DNA of 64,000 nucleotides from an uncultured Pseudomonadales bacterium (GTDB lineage Bacteria; Patescibacteriota; Microgenomatia; UBA1400; PJMF01): NCBI GenBank assembly GCA_964457085.1, contig CAYWDM010000003.1, positions 64,218 to 128,217 of the forward strand, read 5' to 3'. Shown piece by piece: positions 56,546 to 64,000 of this stretch (position 1 is its first letter; each line of letters starts with the position of its first letter). The notes under the pieces were generated by a model. It saw only the letters and a program-made list of their open reading frames with translations, ran no database searches and was not told where the DNA came from. The position numbers and the translations under genes were made by a program.

Positions 56546-57631
56546 ATGTCTTTATCTATCGGAATTGTTGGTCTTCCAAATGTCGGTAAATCGACACTAT
56601 TTAACGCATTGCTTAAAAAACAAATTGCCTTAGCGGCAAATTATCCCTTTGCCACCATCGAACCAAATGTGGGTATCTGTGAAGTTCCTGATTCTCGATT
56701 GCCTGTATTGGCAGAGATAGTCCACACATCGGTAATTAAGCCAGCTGTGGTCGAGGTTGTGGATATTGCTGGTTTAGTGAAGGGCGCTGCAACTGGAGAG
56801 GGTCTGGGCAATAAATTTTTGTCTCATATCCGCGAAACCAGTGCTATTTGTCATGTACTGCGATCTTTTAGCGACGACAGTATTTTACGCGAAGGCGCAG
56901 TTAGTCCTGAAGCTGATTTGGCTACCATTCGTACTGAGTTGCAGTTGTCTGACCTTGAGACTTTGGAGAAACAAAAAGAGCCAAAAAATGTCAAAACACC
57001 AGAATTGCTGAAGCGTTGGCAGGCGGTACAGGTTCTCAAGTCTCGAGTAAGTGCTGGCCAGATGGCAATTGATAAATCAGAAAAAGATGAAAACCTATTG
57101 TTGGCTGCTAAAGAGTTGTGTCTGTTGACTGCCAAACGCGAGATTTATGTGATTAATGTTGACGAATCTGAGGTCAGTAAACAGACAGAACTTGCCAAGG
57201 AATTCGCCAAGCGACTGAACGCAGACGCTAATCACATTGTGATTATTAGTGCCAGAATTGAAAGTGAGTTGAGTAGTTTGTGTGAAGAGGACCAGAAGTT
57301 ATATTTGCAGGATTTAGGACTCGAAAAGAGTGGTCTTGAGCGGTTGGCTGAGGTAGCTTACAAATCACTTAATTTGCAAAGTTTTCTAACTGCTGGGGAA
57401 TTGGAGGTTAAGGCCTGGACTATCGAGCAAGGCACTAAGGCTCCGCAAGCCGCTGCCGTCATCCATACAGATTTCGAGAAAAACTTCATCAAGGCAAAGG
57501 TTGCTAGCTATGCAGATTTTGTGCAGGAAAAAGGCTGGAGTGGAGTACGAGAAAAAGGCAAGATGAGACTCGAGGGTCGAGACTATGTAATGCATGAGGG
57601 CGATATTGTAGAGTTTATGATTGGGAAATAG
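56546..57631 (+). CDS. ychF: ribosome-binding ATPase YchF
   Basis: IGIVGLPNVGKSTLFNAL G1 motif, TGS C-terminal domain. Confidence 0.9.
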   Translation: MSLSIGIVGLPNVGKSTLFNALLKKQIALAANYPFATIEPNVGICEVPDSRLPVLAEIVHTSVIKPAVVEVVDIAGLVKGAATGEGLGNKFLSHIRETSAICHVLRSFSDDSILREGAVSPEADLATIRTELQLSDLETLEKQKEPKNVKTPELLKRWQAVQVLKSRVSAGQMAIDKSEKDENLLLAAKELCLLTAKREIYVINVDESEVSKQTELAKEFAKRLNADANHIVIISARIESELSSLCEEDQKLYLQDLGLEKSGLERLAEVAYKSLNLQSFLTAGELEVKAWTIEQGTKAPQAAAVIHTDFEKNFIKAKVASYADFVQEKGWSGVREKGKMRLEGRDYVMHEGDIVEFMIGK

Positions 57632-57660
57632 ATCGCTGTGTAGGTGTATAGTTACAATAT

Positions 57661-58437
57661 ATGACTGAAACACTAATTCATAAACCAGACGGAGCACCCA
57701 AAAAACCGAAAGTCGAAATGCCAAGCCAGACTTGGCTAAAAAAAGCACTCGAACACCTTCCAGATTCGGTAGTTAAAAAATTCAAGTTGCGAGAAAAGTT
57801 GCTGGGCACATCTGAGCCTGTTGTCGCTGAGCCTAATTCAATAGCTGCTGAGCAAGACGAACCCGATCCAGATTTTGAGAAGATTAAAGCAATGACATTA
57901 GCAGATCTTGACCCAGAGAGATGGTTTGATCCAGAACTCAACTTTTATACATTGGAAGAGATTAACGCTTTGCAACATCAGGCAGAATACTCTATTAAGG
58001 GTGTGAACTTAACTTTTTCAGTCATGGTGCAAAACGGGCGTAAATACATGGAAAACCAAGTGGTTGCAGTCGACGTTCAAGGATACCGACAGGGTGATAT
58101 TTCACTTGGTTTTAGTCTTGTACCAGATACCATGAACGAACCACTTCGGAGTGGAAAATACGAATTAATGTTGGGAAATAGCGCTTTGTCAGTGCCAGAT
58201 GGTCAGTCATCATCATTTGGATATGTGCGAATTGAACGTGAGGAGCCCAAGGCGGCCAGATTAGAGGCAGAGCGGGTGTTATTGGTTGCCCATCAGGCGA
58301 TGACAGACTTTATGCTGCAGCACCAGCCACCACACTCACAACCAGAACTCTTTGCGTCGATTAAAGCTGCTGTCCAAAAAACGGCTGGTGAGAACTTTGT
58401 GATGGACACAACTTGGAATGTGGGCGGTTTCGAATAA
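57661..58437 (+). CDS. hypothetical protein
   Basis: 258 aa ORF, no motif. Confidence 0.4.
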   Translation: MTETLIHKPDGAPKKPKVEMPSQTWLKKALEHLPDSVVKKFKLREKLLGTSEPVVAEPNSIAAEQDEPDPDFEKIKAMTLADLDPERWFDPELNFYTLEEINALQHQAEYSIKGVNLTFSVMVQNGRKYMENQVVAVDVQGYRQGDISLGFSLVPDTMNEPLRSGKYELMLGNSALSVPDGQSSSFGYVRIEREEPKAARLEAERVLLVAHQAMTDFMLQHQPPHSQPELFASIKAAVQKTAGENFVMDTTWNVGGFE

Positions 58438-58556
58438 ACGTGGCAAGCAACTTACCAGTGGAGATTCTTCAAATATTGAGGTAAAATACCGCTTCAAGGC
58501 TGTTGTTTGGTCAAACTCCAAACTCCATTATAAAAGCAGCGTTAAAAAGGAATTAC

Positions 58557-58919
58557 ATGCCAAAAGTGTCAGCAAACACTCGCCAATACGAATTGACCTA
58601 CTTATTGCAAGTTGGTTATACCGATTCAGAGGTGATGCAGATTAAAAAAGAGATTGAAGAAATCGCTAAAAAGCGAAAAGGCACAGTTGATAAAGTAGAG
58701 GATTGGGGCAAAAAACCACTCGCTTACAAACTCAAGAAAACTGGCAAGACTCATGAAGAAGCAGTGTACGTGTACACCGAGATGAGTTTTGAACCCACTC
58801 AAGCTCAAGCTTTTGAGCGTGATATGTATCTCAACGCTAAAGTACTCAGACATTTATTTGTAATCGCTGGCGATGAGGAAGCTTTCCTTGGAGCAGCACC
58901 TGTTGAGGTAGTAGAGTAA
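58557..58919 (+). CDS. rpsF: 30S ribosomal protein S6
   Basis: YELTYLL, DWGKKPLAY, HLFV motifs; ATG 58557 with AAAAAGG RBS. Confidence 0.75.
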   Translation: MPKVSANTRQYELTYLLQVGYTDSEVMQIKKEIEEIAKKRKGTVDKVEDWGKKPLAYKLKKTGKTHEEAVYVYTEMSFEPTQAQAFERDMYLNAKVLRHLFVIAGDEEAFLGAAPVEVVE

Positions 58920-58989
58920 GGAGTTATAAGATTGTTGTCAGTTACTACTTATATATGTAGGTTAGTAACAAAATAACAGAGAGGTAGAT

Positions 58990-59478
58990 ATGTCAGTTCG
59001 CTCCCTAAACAAAGTTATGTTGATTGGAAATCTCACCAGAGATCCCAACCTTCGTTTTACGCCAAATAGTACTGCAGTTTGTTCATTCGGCATTGCAACT
59101 AATCGTGCTTGGACTCCAGCTGATGGCGGTGAGAAGCAAGAACGTGTGGACTTTCATAACATTGTCGCTTGGGCAAAGTTAGCCGAGATTTGTGGCCAAC
59201 TATTGCACAAGGGTGACAAAGTATATGTTGAGGGTCGGATGCAAACTCGTGACTGGAAGACTGAAGAGGGTGCAGAGCGTCGCATTACCGAAATTGTGAT
59301 CGACAACATGATGCTATTTAACTCAAGAGGCCGAGGAGATGGTGAGATGAGTAACGATGATATGGGCATGGACGAGATGGAGCAAGCAGCCCCAGCCGCC
59401 AAGCCAGTATCTAGAGCAAAAAAAGCAGTAGAAAACGTACAAGTAGCTGAGGACGTATCAGACGATATTCCATTTTAA
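58990..59478 (+). CDS. ssb: single-stranded DNA-binding protein
   Basis: OB-fold MLIGNLTRDPNLRFTPNSTAV, acidic C-terminal DDIPF tail. Confidence 0.9.
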   Translation: MSVRSLNKVMLIGNLTRDPNLRFTPNSTAVCSFGIATNRAWTPADGGEKQERVDFHNIVAWAKLAEICGQLLHKGDKVYVEGRMQTRDWKTEEGAERRITEIVIDNMMLFNSRGRGDGEMSNDDMGMDEMEQAAPAAKPVSRAKKAVENVQVAEDVSDDIPF

Positions 59479-59554
59479 TAAGTAATTACTAAACGTACTA
59501 TCTCGCTAGTATGCGAGATTGACCAAAAAATTGGTCAACCGGAGAACGTGCATT

Positions 59555-59782
59555 ATGAATAAAAAACGCACCACCAGACATCAAGCAAGAGCCCCAAAGG
59601 CTGACAAACGCCTGACTTTTTCGTACAAGCGTGTTGGCGAACTCAGACACTATGTGACTGAGCAGGGTTCCATTTTGCCCAGATTGAAGACTGGTTTGTC
59701 ACAAAAACAGCAACGCCATTTGGCCGTTGAGGTAAAGAGAGCTCGTCATTTGGCGATGCTACCTTTTACTCAAACTGTTTAA
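59555..59782 (+). CDS. rpsR: 30S ribosomal protein S18
   Basis: [50 protein letters not shown]; ATG 59555 with GGAGA RBS. Confidence 0.85.
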   Translation: MNKKRTTRHQARAPKADKRLTFSYKRVGELRHYVTEQGSILPRLKTGLSQKQQRHLAVEVKRARHLAMLPFTQTV

Positions 59783-59803
59783 TTTTAATTAAAACGAAAA
59801 TGA

Positions 59804-59833
59804 AAATCCTCCATGAAAGTGGGGGATTTTTTT
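59804..59833 (+). terminator. rho-independent terminator after rpsR
   Basis: aaatcctcc / gggggattt stem (one G-U) then TTTTTTT. Confidence 0.65.
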
Positions 59834-59939
59834 GCCATTTTAGAGTATTTTTTCTCGAGCCTTGCCATTTTTTGGTGCAGAGTGATTTGTTAAGCTAGTC
59901 TATGCGTATCATGGCTTGGTGGCGTACAATTGAACCTCT

Positions 59940-61223
59940 ATGAAGCTGAAATTCTCACATCTAGCCACGACCCTGATCGGGATCCTCATTTTAGTGCTTG
60001 GGGGAGTCATTGGTTTTAGATATGGTGCCACGGGTAGTTTGCCATTCAGCTCAGAACGATTTTTAAATTTCTCAGTTCAAAAACTTGGAGGTGCTAACGC
60101 ATTAGCTCGAGTTACTGGTAGTAAAGAGCCACAACAAGTTTCCAAAGAACCAGTCGATTTTAATATTTTTTGGGAAGTGTGGAGTGTTTTAGAGCGAGAT
60201 TATTTAGAGCCTGAAAAAATCGATCCTAAAAAGATGGTTGATGGTGCCATAGGTGGTATGACAGCTGCACTTGGCGATCCATACACCATGTACTTACCAC
60301 CAGACGACAATGAACGCAGTAGCGAAGATTTGGCTGGTAGTTTTTTTGGAGTCGGAATCGAGTTGGGGTATGTTGAAAATACCTTAGCAGTGATTGCACC
60401 AATTAAAGATGGACCTGCAGACAAATTAGGTGTTAAGGCGGGAGATCTGATAATTCACGTTAAAGACGCAACAAATGAACTTGACGAAGACACAACAGGG
60501 TGGTCACTTGACCAAGCTGTGAAACATATTCGCGGGAAGCGGGGGACTCAAGTTATTTTGAGATTAGTGAGGACTGCTGAGGGTGATCGTAAACCATTCG
60601 ATGTCACTATTACTCGAGATGAAATAATCGTAAAATCGGTTACTTTAGAGTTCGTCGAACATAATGGTGTCCGTGTAGCACATCTTAAACTCTCAAAATT
60701 TGGTGAACGCACAACTTCGGAGTGGGATGAGGCTGTAAAACAAATTTTGAATCAAAGAAAGCAAATCAAGGGCATCGTTTTGGATTTACGCAATAACCCT
60801 GGTGGTTTCTTTGACACCTCGATCGAAGTTGCAAGTGATTTTATTAAAAAGGACGTGATCGTGAGTCAACAAACCAAATTCCGTTCACAAAACTACGTTT
60901 CGAGTGGTAAAAATCGCCTGACAGGGATTCCACTCATTATTACAGTTAACAGAGGTAGTGCCTCAGCCTCAGAAATTGTAGCCGGAGCCCTACGTGATGA
61001 TTCAGGAATTAAATTAGTTGGTGAAAAAACTTTTGGGAAAGGAACAGTCCAAGATCGTAGAGAACTGTCGAACGGCGGGGGATTACACGTCACCATCGGT
61101 CGTTGGTTGCTACCAAAAGGCAGCTGGATTCATAAAGAAGGTATTCCTGTCGATATTGAAGTGAAAGACGATGATAAAGCAGATGGTGATGAAGTACTGT
61201 TTAAGGCAATTGAGTCTTTATAG
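59940..61223 (+). CDS. carboxyl-terminal processing protease (S41) with PDZ domain
   Basis: PDZ GVGIELGY...GPADKLGVKAGD; S41 LDLRNNPGG and catalytic Ser/Lys region. Confidence 0.85.
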   Translation: MKLKFSHLATTLIGILILVLGGVIGFRYGATGSLPFSSERFLNFSVQKLGGANALARVTGSKEPQQVSKEPVDFNIFWEVWSVLERDYLEPEKIDPKKMVDGAIGGMTAALGDPYTMYLPPDDNERSSEDLAGSFFGVGIELGYVENTLAVIAPIKDGPADKLGVKAGDLIIHVKDATNELDEDTTGWSLDQAVKHIRGKRGTQVILRLVRTAEGDRKPFDVTITRDEIIVKSVTLEFVEHNGVRVAHLKLSKFGERTTSEWDEAVKQILNQRKQIKGIVLDLRNNPGGFFDTSIEVASDFIKKDVIVSQQTKFRSQNYVSSGKNRLTGIPLIITVNRGSASASEIVAGALRDDSGIKLVGEKTFGKGTVQDRRELSNGGGLHVTIGRWLLPKGSWIHKEGIPVDIEVKDDDKADGDEVLFKAIESL

Positions 61224-61243
61224 CACTAAACCCTAACTTGAAT

Positions 61244-61275
61244 TAAAAAACCTCGCTGAATCAGCGAGGTTTTTG
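61244..61275. terminator. bidirectional intrinsic terminator
   Basis: cctcgctga-a-tcagcgagg 9-bp palindrome flanked by AAAAAA and TTTTT between convergent genes. Confidence 0.75.
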
Positions 61276-61296
61276 GTTTTACCAGTACAGGAAAAA

Positions 61297-62289
61297 TTAC
61301 TCTGGTAGATTTTCAAGTTTGGCATGCACTAATCCCAGCATTCCGTTCAAGTCACCCTCAACAATTCGTTCAAGACTATACCAGGACTCATTGATTCGAT
61401 GATCAGTGACGCGATTTTGTGGATAGTTGTAGGTACGAATTTTCTCAGATCGCATATTGCGACCGATTGCTGACCGAGCTTGACCAACGGCAGCCATCCG
61501 TTCTTCTTCTTGGTTTTCCCAGAGTCTCGCTCGGAGCAAATCAAGGGCGATATCTCGGTTTTGGGTTTGTTTGCGTTCAGACCGAGCTTTAACTACAATC
61601 CCAGTGGGTCGATGAGTCAGCTCAACAGCACTATTTACTTTGTTGACGTTTTGACCACCAGCACCACCAGCTCGAGTAAAATGCCACTCAAGTTCGTCAT
61701 CACGGATCACAATTGCCTTGGCTGGAACTTCGGGTAAAACAGCCACAGAGGCAGTTGAAGTGTGTACTCGACCCTGCGATTCAGTAGTTGGCACTCGTTG
61801 AACTCGATGCACTCCAGTTTCATATTTGAAGAGTTCGTATGGATAGATGATGACTGTTTGTGAGGGCGTTGATGGTTTCAAAGGGTCTTCACTAGGGATT
61901 TCAGGTAAAACTAGTTCAGTGCGACCACTAACCTTGATGACATCGTCATCAACCATTTCGGCTTTCAAGCCTGCGTTTTCAATATAGCGAATATACATCC
62001 GCAGCAGGTCTTCGCCCCATAATTTTGCTTCATCACCACCAGCACCACCTCGAATTTCCAAAATAGCTTTGGCTGTGGAAGTTTGGATCTCAGTGACTTC
62101 TTCGTCATCAGAACCAGCTGCTAGTTGGGCTGCCGCATCTTCTAGCATTTGTTTTTGAGTGGTTAGTGCCAAAATGTCTTGTTCTGCCAACTCTTTCATT
62201 TCTGGGTCAGCAAGCAGTGTTTGAGCCTCAGCAATTTGTTTTTCAAGCTGTTCAATCTGGCTGCTGTATGGATTTGGTGTCAAAGACAT
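61297..62289 (-). CDS. prfA: peptide chain release factor 1
   Basis: GGQ motif [11 protein letters not shown]; PTT (PxT, RF1-type) tripeptide [11 protein letters not shown]. Confidence 0.8.
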   Translation of the reverse strand: MSLTPNPYSSQIEQLEKQIAEAQTLLADPEMKELAEQDILALTTQKQMLEDAAAQLAAGSDDEEVTEIQTSTAKAILEIRGGAGGDEAKLWGEDLLRMYIRYIENAGLKAEMVDDDVIKVSGRTELVLPEIPSEDPLKPSTPSQTVIIYPYELFKYETGVHRVQRVPTTESQGRVHTSTASVAVLPEVPAKAIVIRDDELEWHFTRAGGAGGQNVNKVNSAVELTHRPTGIVVKARSERKQTQNRDIALDLLRARLWENQEEERMAAVGQARSAIGRNMRSEKIRTYNYPQNRVTDHRINESWYSLERIVEGDLNGMLGLVHAKLENLPE

Positions 62290-62319
62290 AATTAATTATA
62301 CGGTGTAGTTAGTTGTACT

Positions 62320-62346
62320 AAAAAGCCAGGCATAAATGCCTGGCTT
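62320..62346 (-). terminator. rho-independent terminator after rpmE
   Basis: agccaggcat / atgcctggct hairpin followed (minus strand) by TTTT. Confidence 0.65.
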
Positions 62347-62367
62347 AATCAAATTTCGATAGGGTAG

Positions 62368-62721
62368 CTACTCAGCTTTTTTTGCGGCTTCAGGAGCTTT
62401 CTCTTGCTTGCGGAGCTCAGTTTGTTGCTCTCGCAAAATCTCTTGATAACTCTTGGAGGCATCATTACCAGACTTAGATTTCTTAGTCTGTTTGGCTGAA
62501 GCATCTGCTTGCTTTTGTTTGGCAAGGTTAAGCTTCTGGATGAAGCGATCAACTCGACCCTGTCGATCTACAAAACGCATCTCGCCAGTAAAAAATGGGT
62601 GACAGGCACTGCAGATATCGATCTTAAGGGTTTGACTTGAAGAGCCAGTGGTAAAGCTATTGCCACAGCCACAAGTGACTACGCAGTCATGATGCCAGTT
62701 TGGATGAATACCTTTTTTCAT
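62368..62721 (-). CDS. rpmE: 50S ribosomal protein L31 (zinc-ribbon type) with Lys-rich C-terminal extension
   Basis: [16 protein letters not shown]...CSACHPF; ~45-aa K/A/E-rich tail. Confidence 0.8.
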   Translation of the reverse strand: MKKGIHPNWHHDCVVTCGCGNSFTTGSSSQTLKIDICSACHPFFTGEMRFVDRQGRVDRFIQKLNLAKQKQADASAKQTKKSKSGNDASKSYQEILREQQTELRKQEKAPEAAKKAE

Positions 62722-62738
62722 TACGATCCTTTTACAAA

Positions 62739-62841
62739 ATTGTCAACGGAGAGTGATTATACCATGGGATCCAGAGCTACGCGATTGACAATGTCAGTGA
62801 TTTTACCTCCATTAATAAATTAAAATCAATCAATTGTCAAA
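62739..62841 (-). promoter_or_regulatory. rpmE upstream region: extended -10 (TGGTATAAT) and three TTGACAAT/ATTGTCAA motifs
   Basis: minus-strand TGGTATAAT at 62756-62764; 8-9-mer sites at 62739-62746, 62784-62792 (inverted), 62833-62840. Confidence 0.35.
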
Positions 62842-62863
62842 CTCAACTCAAGTAAACGTGCAA

Positions 62864-63889
62864 CTAGGCAATCATTTTCTTGAATTTAACTAGGCTGAAT
62901 TTTTTCTGAGCCAGCCACACTCCAAGTCCAATGATTACTAAGGCAACTGTTTGCCAGACTGTTACTTTTTCGTGAAGCAGAATTATGCCGAGTGGAACAA
63001 AAACTAATGGCTGTAAATACCAAAAGAGACTAGCTTCAGATGCTTCAACATGTTCTTGGCCATGAATATATGCGGTCAAGCCAATGATTGACCCAAAAAC
63101 GGCCATAAACCAACTGGCAAACCAAACACTGGGGTGTTGCCAATCTGAAATGATTACGGTCAATAGACTGGGTACTGACCAACCAGTTTCCCATAAGCTA
63201 AGCAGTGCAAATGATATCAGTCCGACCCAAAAACTAATTCCAGAAACAAATAACTTTGGCAGACCTCGGTAGTGTGTTTTTGCCAGGATAAAGTAAACAG
63301 TTGTGGTTAGATTTTGGCCGATGATTAGTGCGTTTCCCAAAAAACTGGAGGTGACACCAGTGGTGCCGGCAACATTTTTTCCAGATAAATATACTAACAA
63401 AAATGGTTCAACTGTAAGTATTACCGTCCCCAAAAATGCTAGACCCAAGCCTTGCCACTCATGTTTTTCTTGCCTCTCATGGAGAAATAAAATACCGGCT
63501 AAAGTGAGGAAGATTGGGGCAGTAGTTGAAATAAAACTTGCTTCAAGTGCAGTAGTTTTATCGAGACCAATGTATAGCAAAGCTAGTGTAAGGGTTAGTC
63601 CGATGAGCTCTAAACCAACTATTTTCCCAATAACCGAATTTTTGTGTTTTACTTCTTTCCAGTGTTTCGCAATAAAACCTATGGAAAGGATTGCAGCAAT
63701 AAAATAGCGGTACAGTAAAAACCGAAATGGAGTGGTGAACTCGAGTGCAGGCTTCACTGCAATCATGGCTGCTCCCCAGCAGAGTGTATTTATGAGTAAG
63801 TAGCCATATGAAATCAGTCGCAACTTGTTAGGGTTGTTGGTTATTTTTGATTTTTTACTGAGTGATGACACTTGGGCAGGTGCTCTCAA
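62864..63889 (-). CDS. DMT (EamA-like) family transporter
   Basis: 341 aa, 10 TM, two EamA-like halves. Confidence 0.6.
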   Translation of the reverse strand: MRAPAQVSSLSKKSKITNNPNKLRLISYGYLLINTLCWGAAMIAVKPALEFTTPFRFLLYRYFIAAILSIGFIAKHWKEVKHKNSVIGKIVGLELIGLTLTLALLYIGLDKTTALEASFISTTAPIFLTLAGILFLHERQEKHEWQGLGLAFLGTVILTVEPFLLVYLSGKNVAGTTGVTSSFLGNALIIGQNLTTTVYFILAKTHYRGLPKLFVSGISFWVGLISFALLSLWETGWSVPSLLTVIISDWQHPSVWFASWFMAVFGSIIGLTAYIHGQEHVEASEASLFWYLQPLVFVPLGIILLHEKVTVWQTVALVIIGLGVWLAQKKFSLVKFKKMIA

Positions 63890-63896
63890 CTATTTT

Positions 63897-64000
63897 TTTA
63901 GTAGTTTGATAGCCTCGGTAATTGATACAGTTTGTTGGGTTCTGTCAGAAAGTTTTTTCAAATTGATGGTGCCCGTTGCCAACTCATCTTGTCCCACAAC
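63897..64000 (-). CDS. C-terminal fragment of a class II aminoacyl-tRNA synthetase-like anticodon-binding domain (partial, runs off window)
   Basis: minus-strand translation ..VVGQDELATGTINLKKLSDRTQQTVSITEAIKLLKK* resembles HisRS/ThrRS/ProRS C-terminal anticodon-binding module. Confidence 0.3.

Noticed and set aside
61297-62289. Possibility that the release factor is RF2 with programmed frameshift, or that UGA is recoded
   Set aside because: The tripeptide is PTT (PxT, RF1-type), not SPF. The ORF is uninterrupted. Multiple genes in the window terminate with TGA, e.g. the HAD gene at 6317-6319, so the standard code applies.
1-64000. Search for CRISPR arrays, tRNA/rRNA genes, IS elements, integrases and prophage genes
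   Set aside because: No regularly spaced direct repeats were found. No intergenic region has a tRNA-like cloverleaf or rRNA-sized non-coding stretch. No transposase/integrase/recombinase-like ORFs were found. The longest non-coding gaps are only ~250-350 bp.

Overview
This is a dense, bidirectionally coded chromosomal segment with about 75 protein genes. It uses the standard genetic code: several genes end in TGA, so UGA is a stop codon. I found no rRNA or tRNA genes, no CRISPR array, and no transposase or integrase. The gene content points to a reduced-genome, Patescibacteria (CPR)/Saccharibacteria-like bacterium. It is dominated by nucleotide salvage and small hydrolases: four HD phosphohydrolases, several NUDIX, HAD and HIT hydrolases, SurE, cytidine deaminase, and a dCMP-deaminase-like protein. 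There are also natural-competence-related genes (a TfoX N-domain-only protein, DprA, RadC), an rpsF-ssb-rpsR operon with no rplI after it, and long lysine-rich tails on TopA and L31. The confident housekeeping calls are def-fmt, topA, nadD/nadE, thyA, dut, tmk, recR, hpf, cysS, tgt, ychF, prfA, rpmB/rpmE, ssb, ctpA, mreC-mreD-PBP2, dprA, surE, and a histidine kinase/OmpR-type two-component pair. The most interesting locus runs from about 35.0 to 37.7 kb, immediately upstream of thyA. It holds a dCMP-deaminase-like protein with an N-terminal extension, an ATP-grasp ligase, and a CofE-like (F420-0:gamma-glutamyl-ligase family) protein, which resembles a CofF/CofE polyglutamylation pair. It sits inside a thymidylate/folate neighbourhood (thyA, a long YgeW-like carbamoyltransferase, a DHFR-family protein, dut, tmk). 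Other candidates are an LpxH-like metallophosphoesterase paired with a zinc-ribbon/TIR-like protein (55.0-56.5 kb), a triple TTGACAAT motif with an extended -10 upstream of rpmE, a zinc-ribbon plus beta-helix-repeat protein (6.4-7.8 kb), and a Cys-rich membrane-anchored protein (42.6-43.2 kb). All protein calls rest on motifs read by eye from the supplied translations. Nothing was checked against databases.
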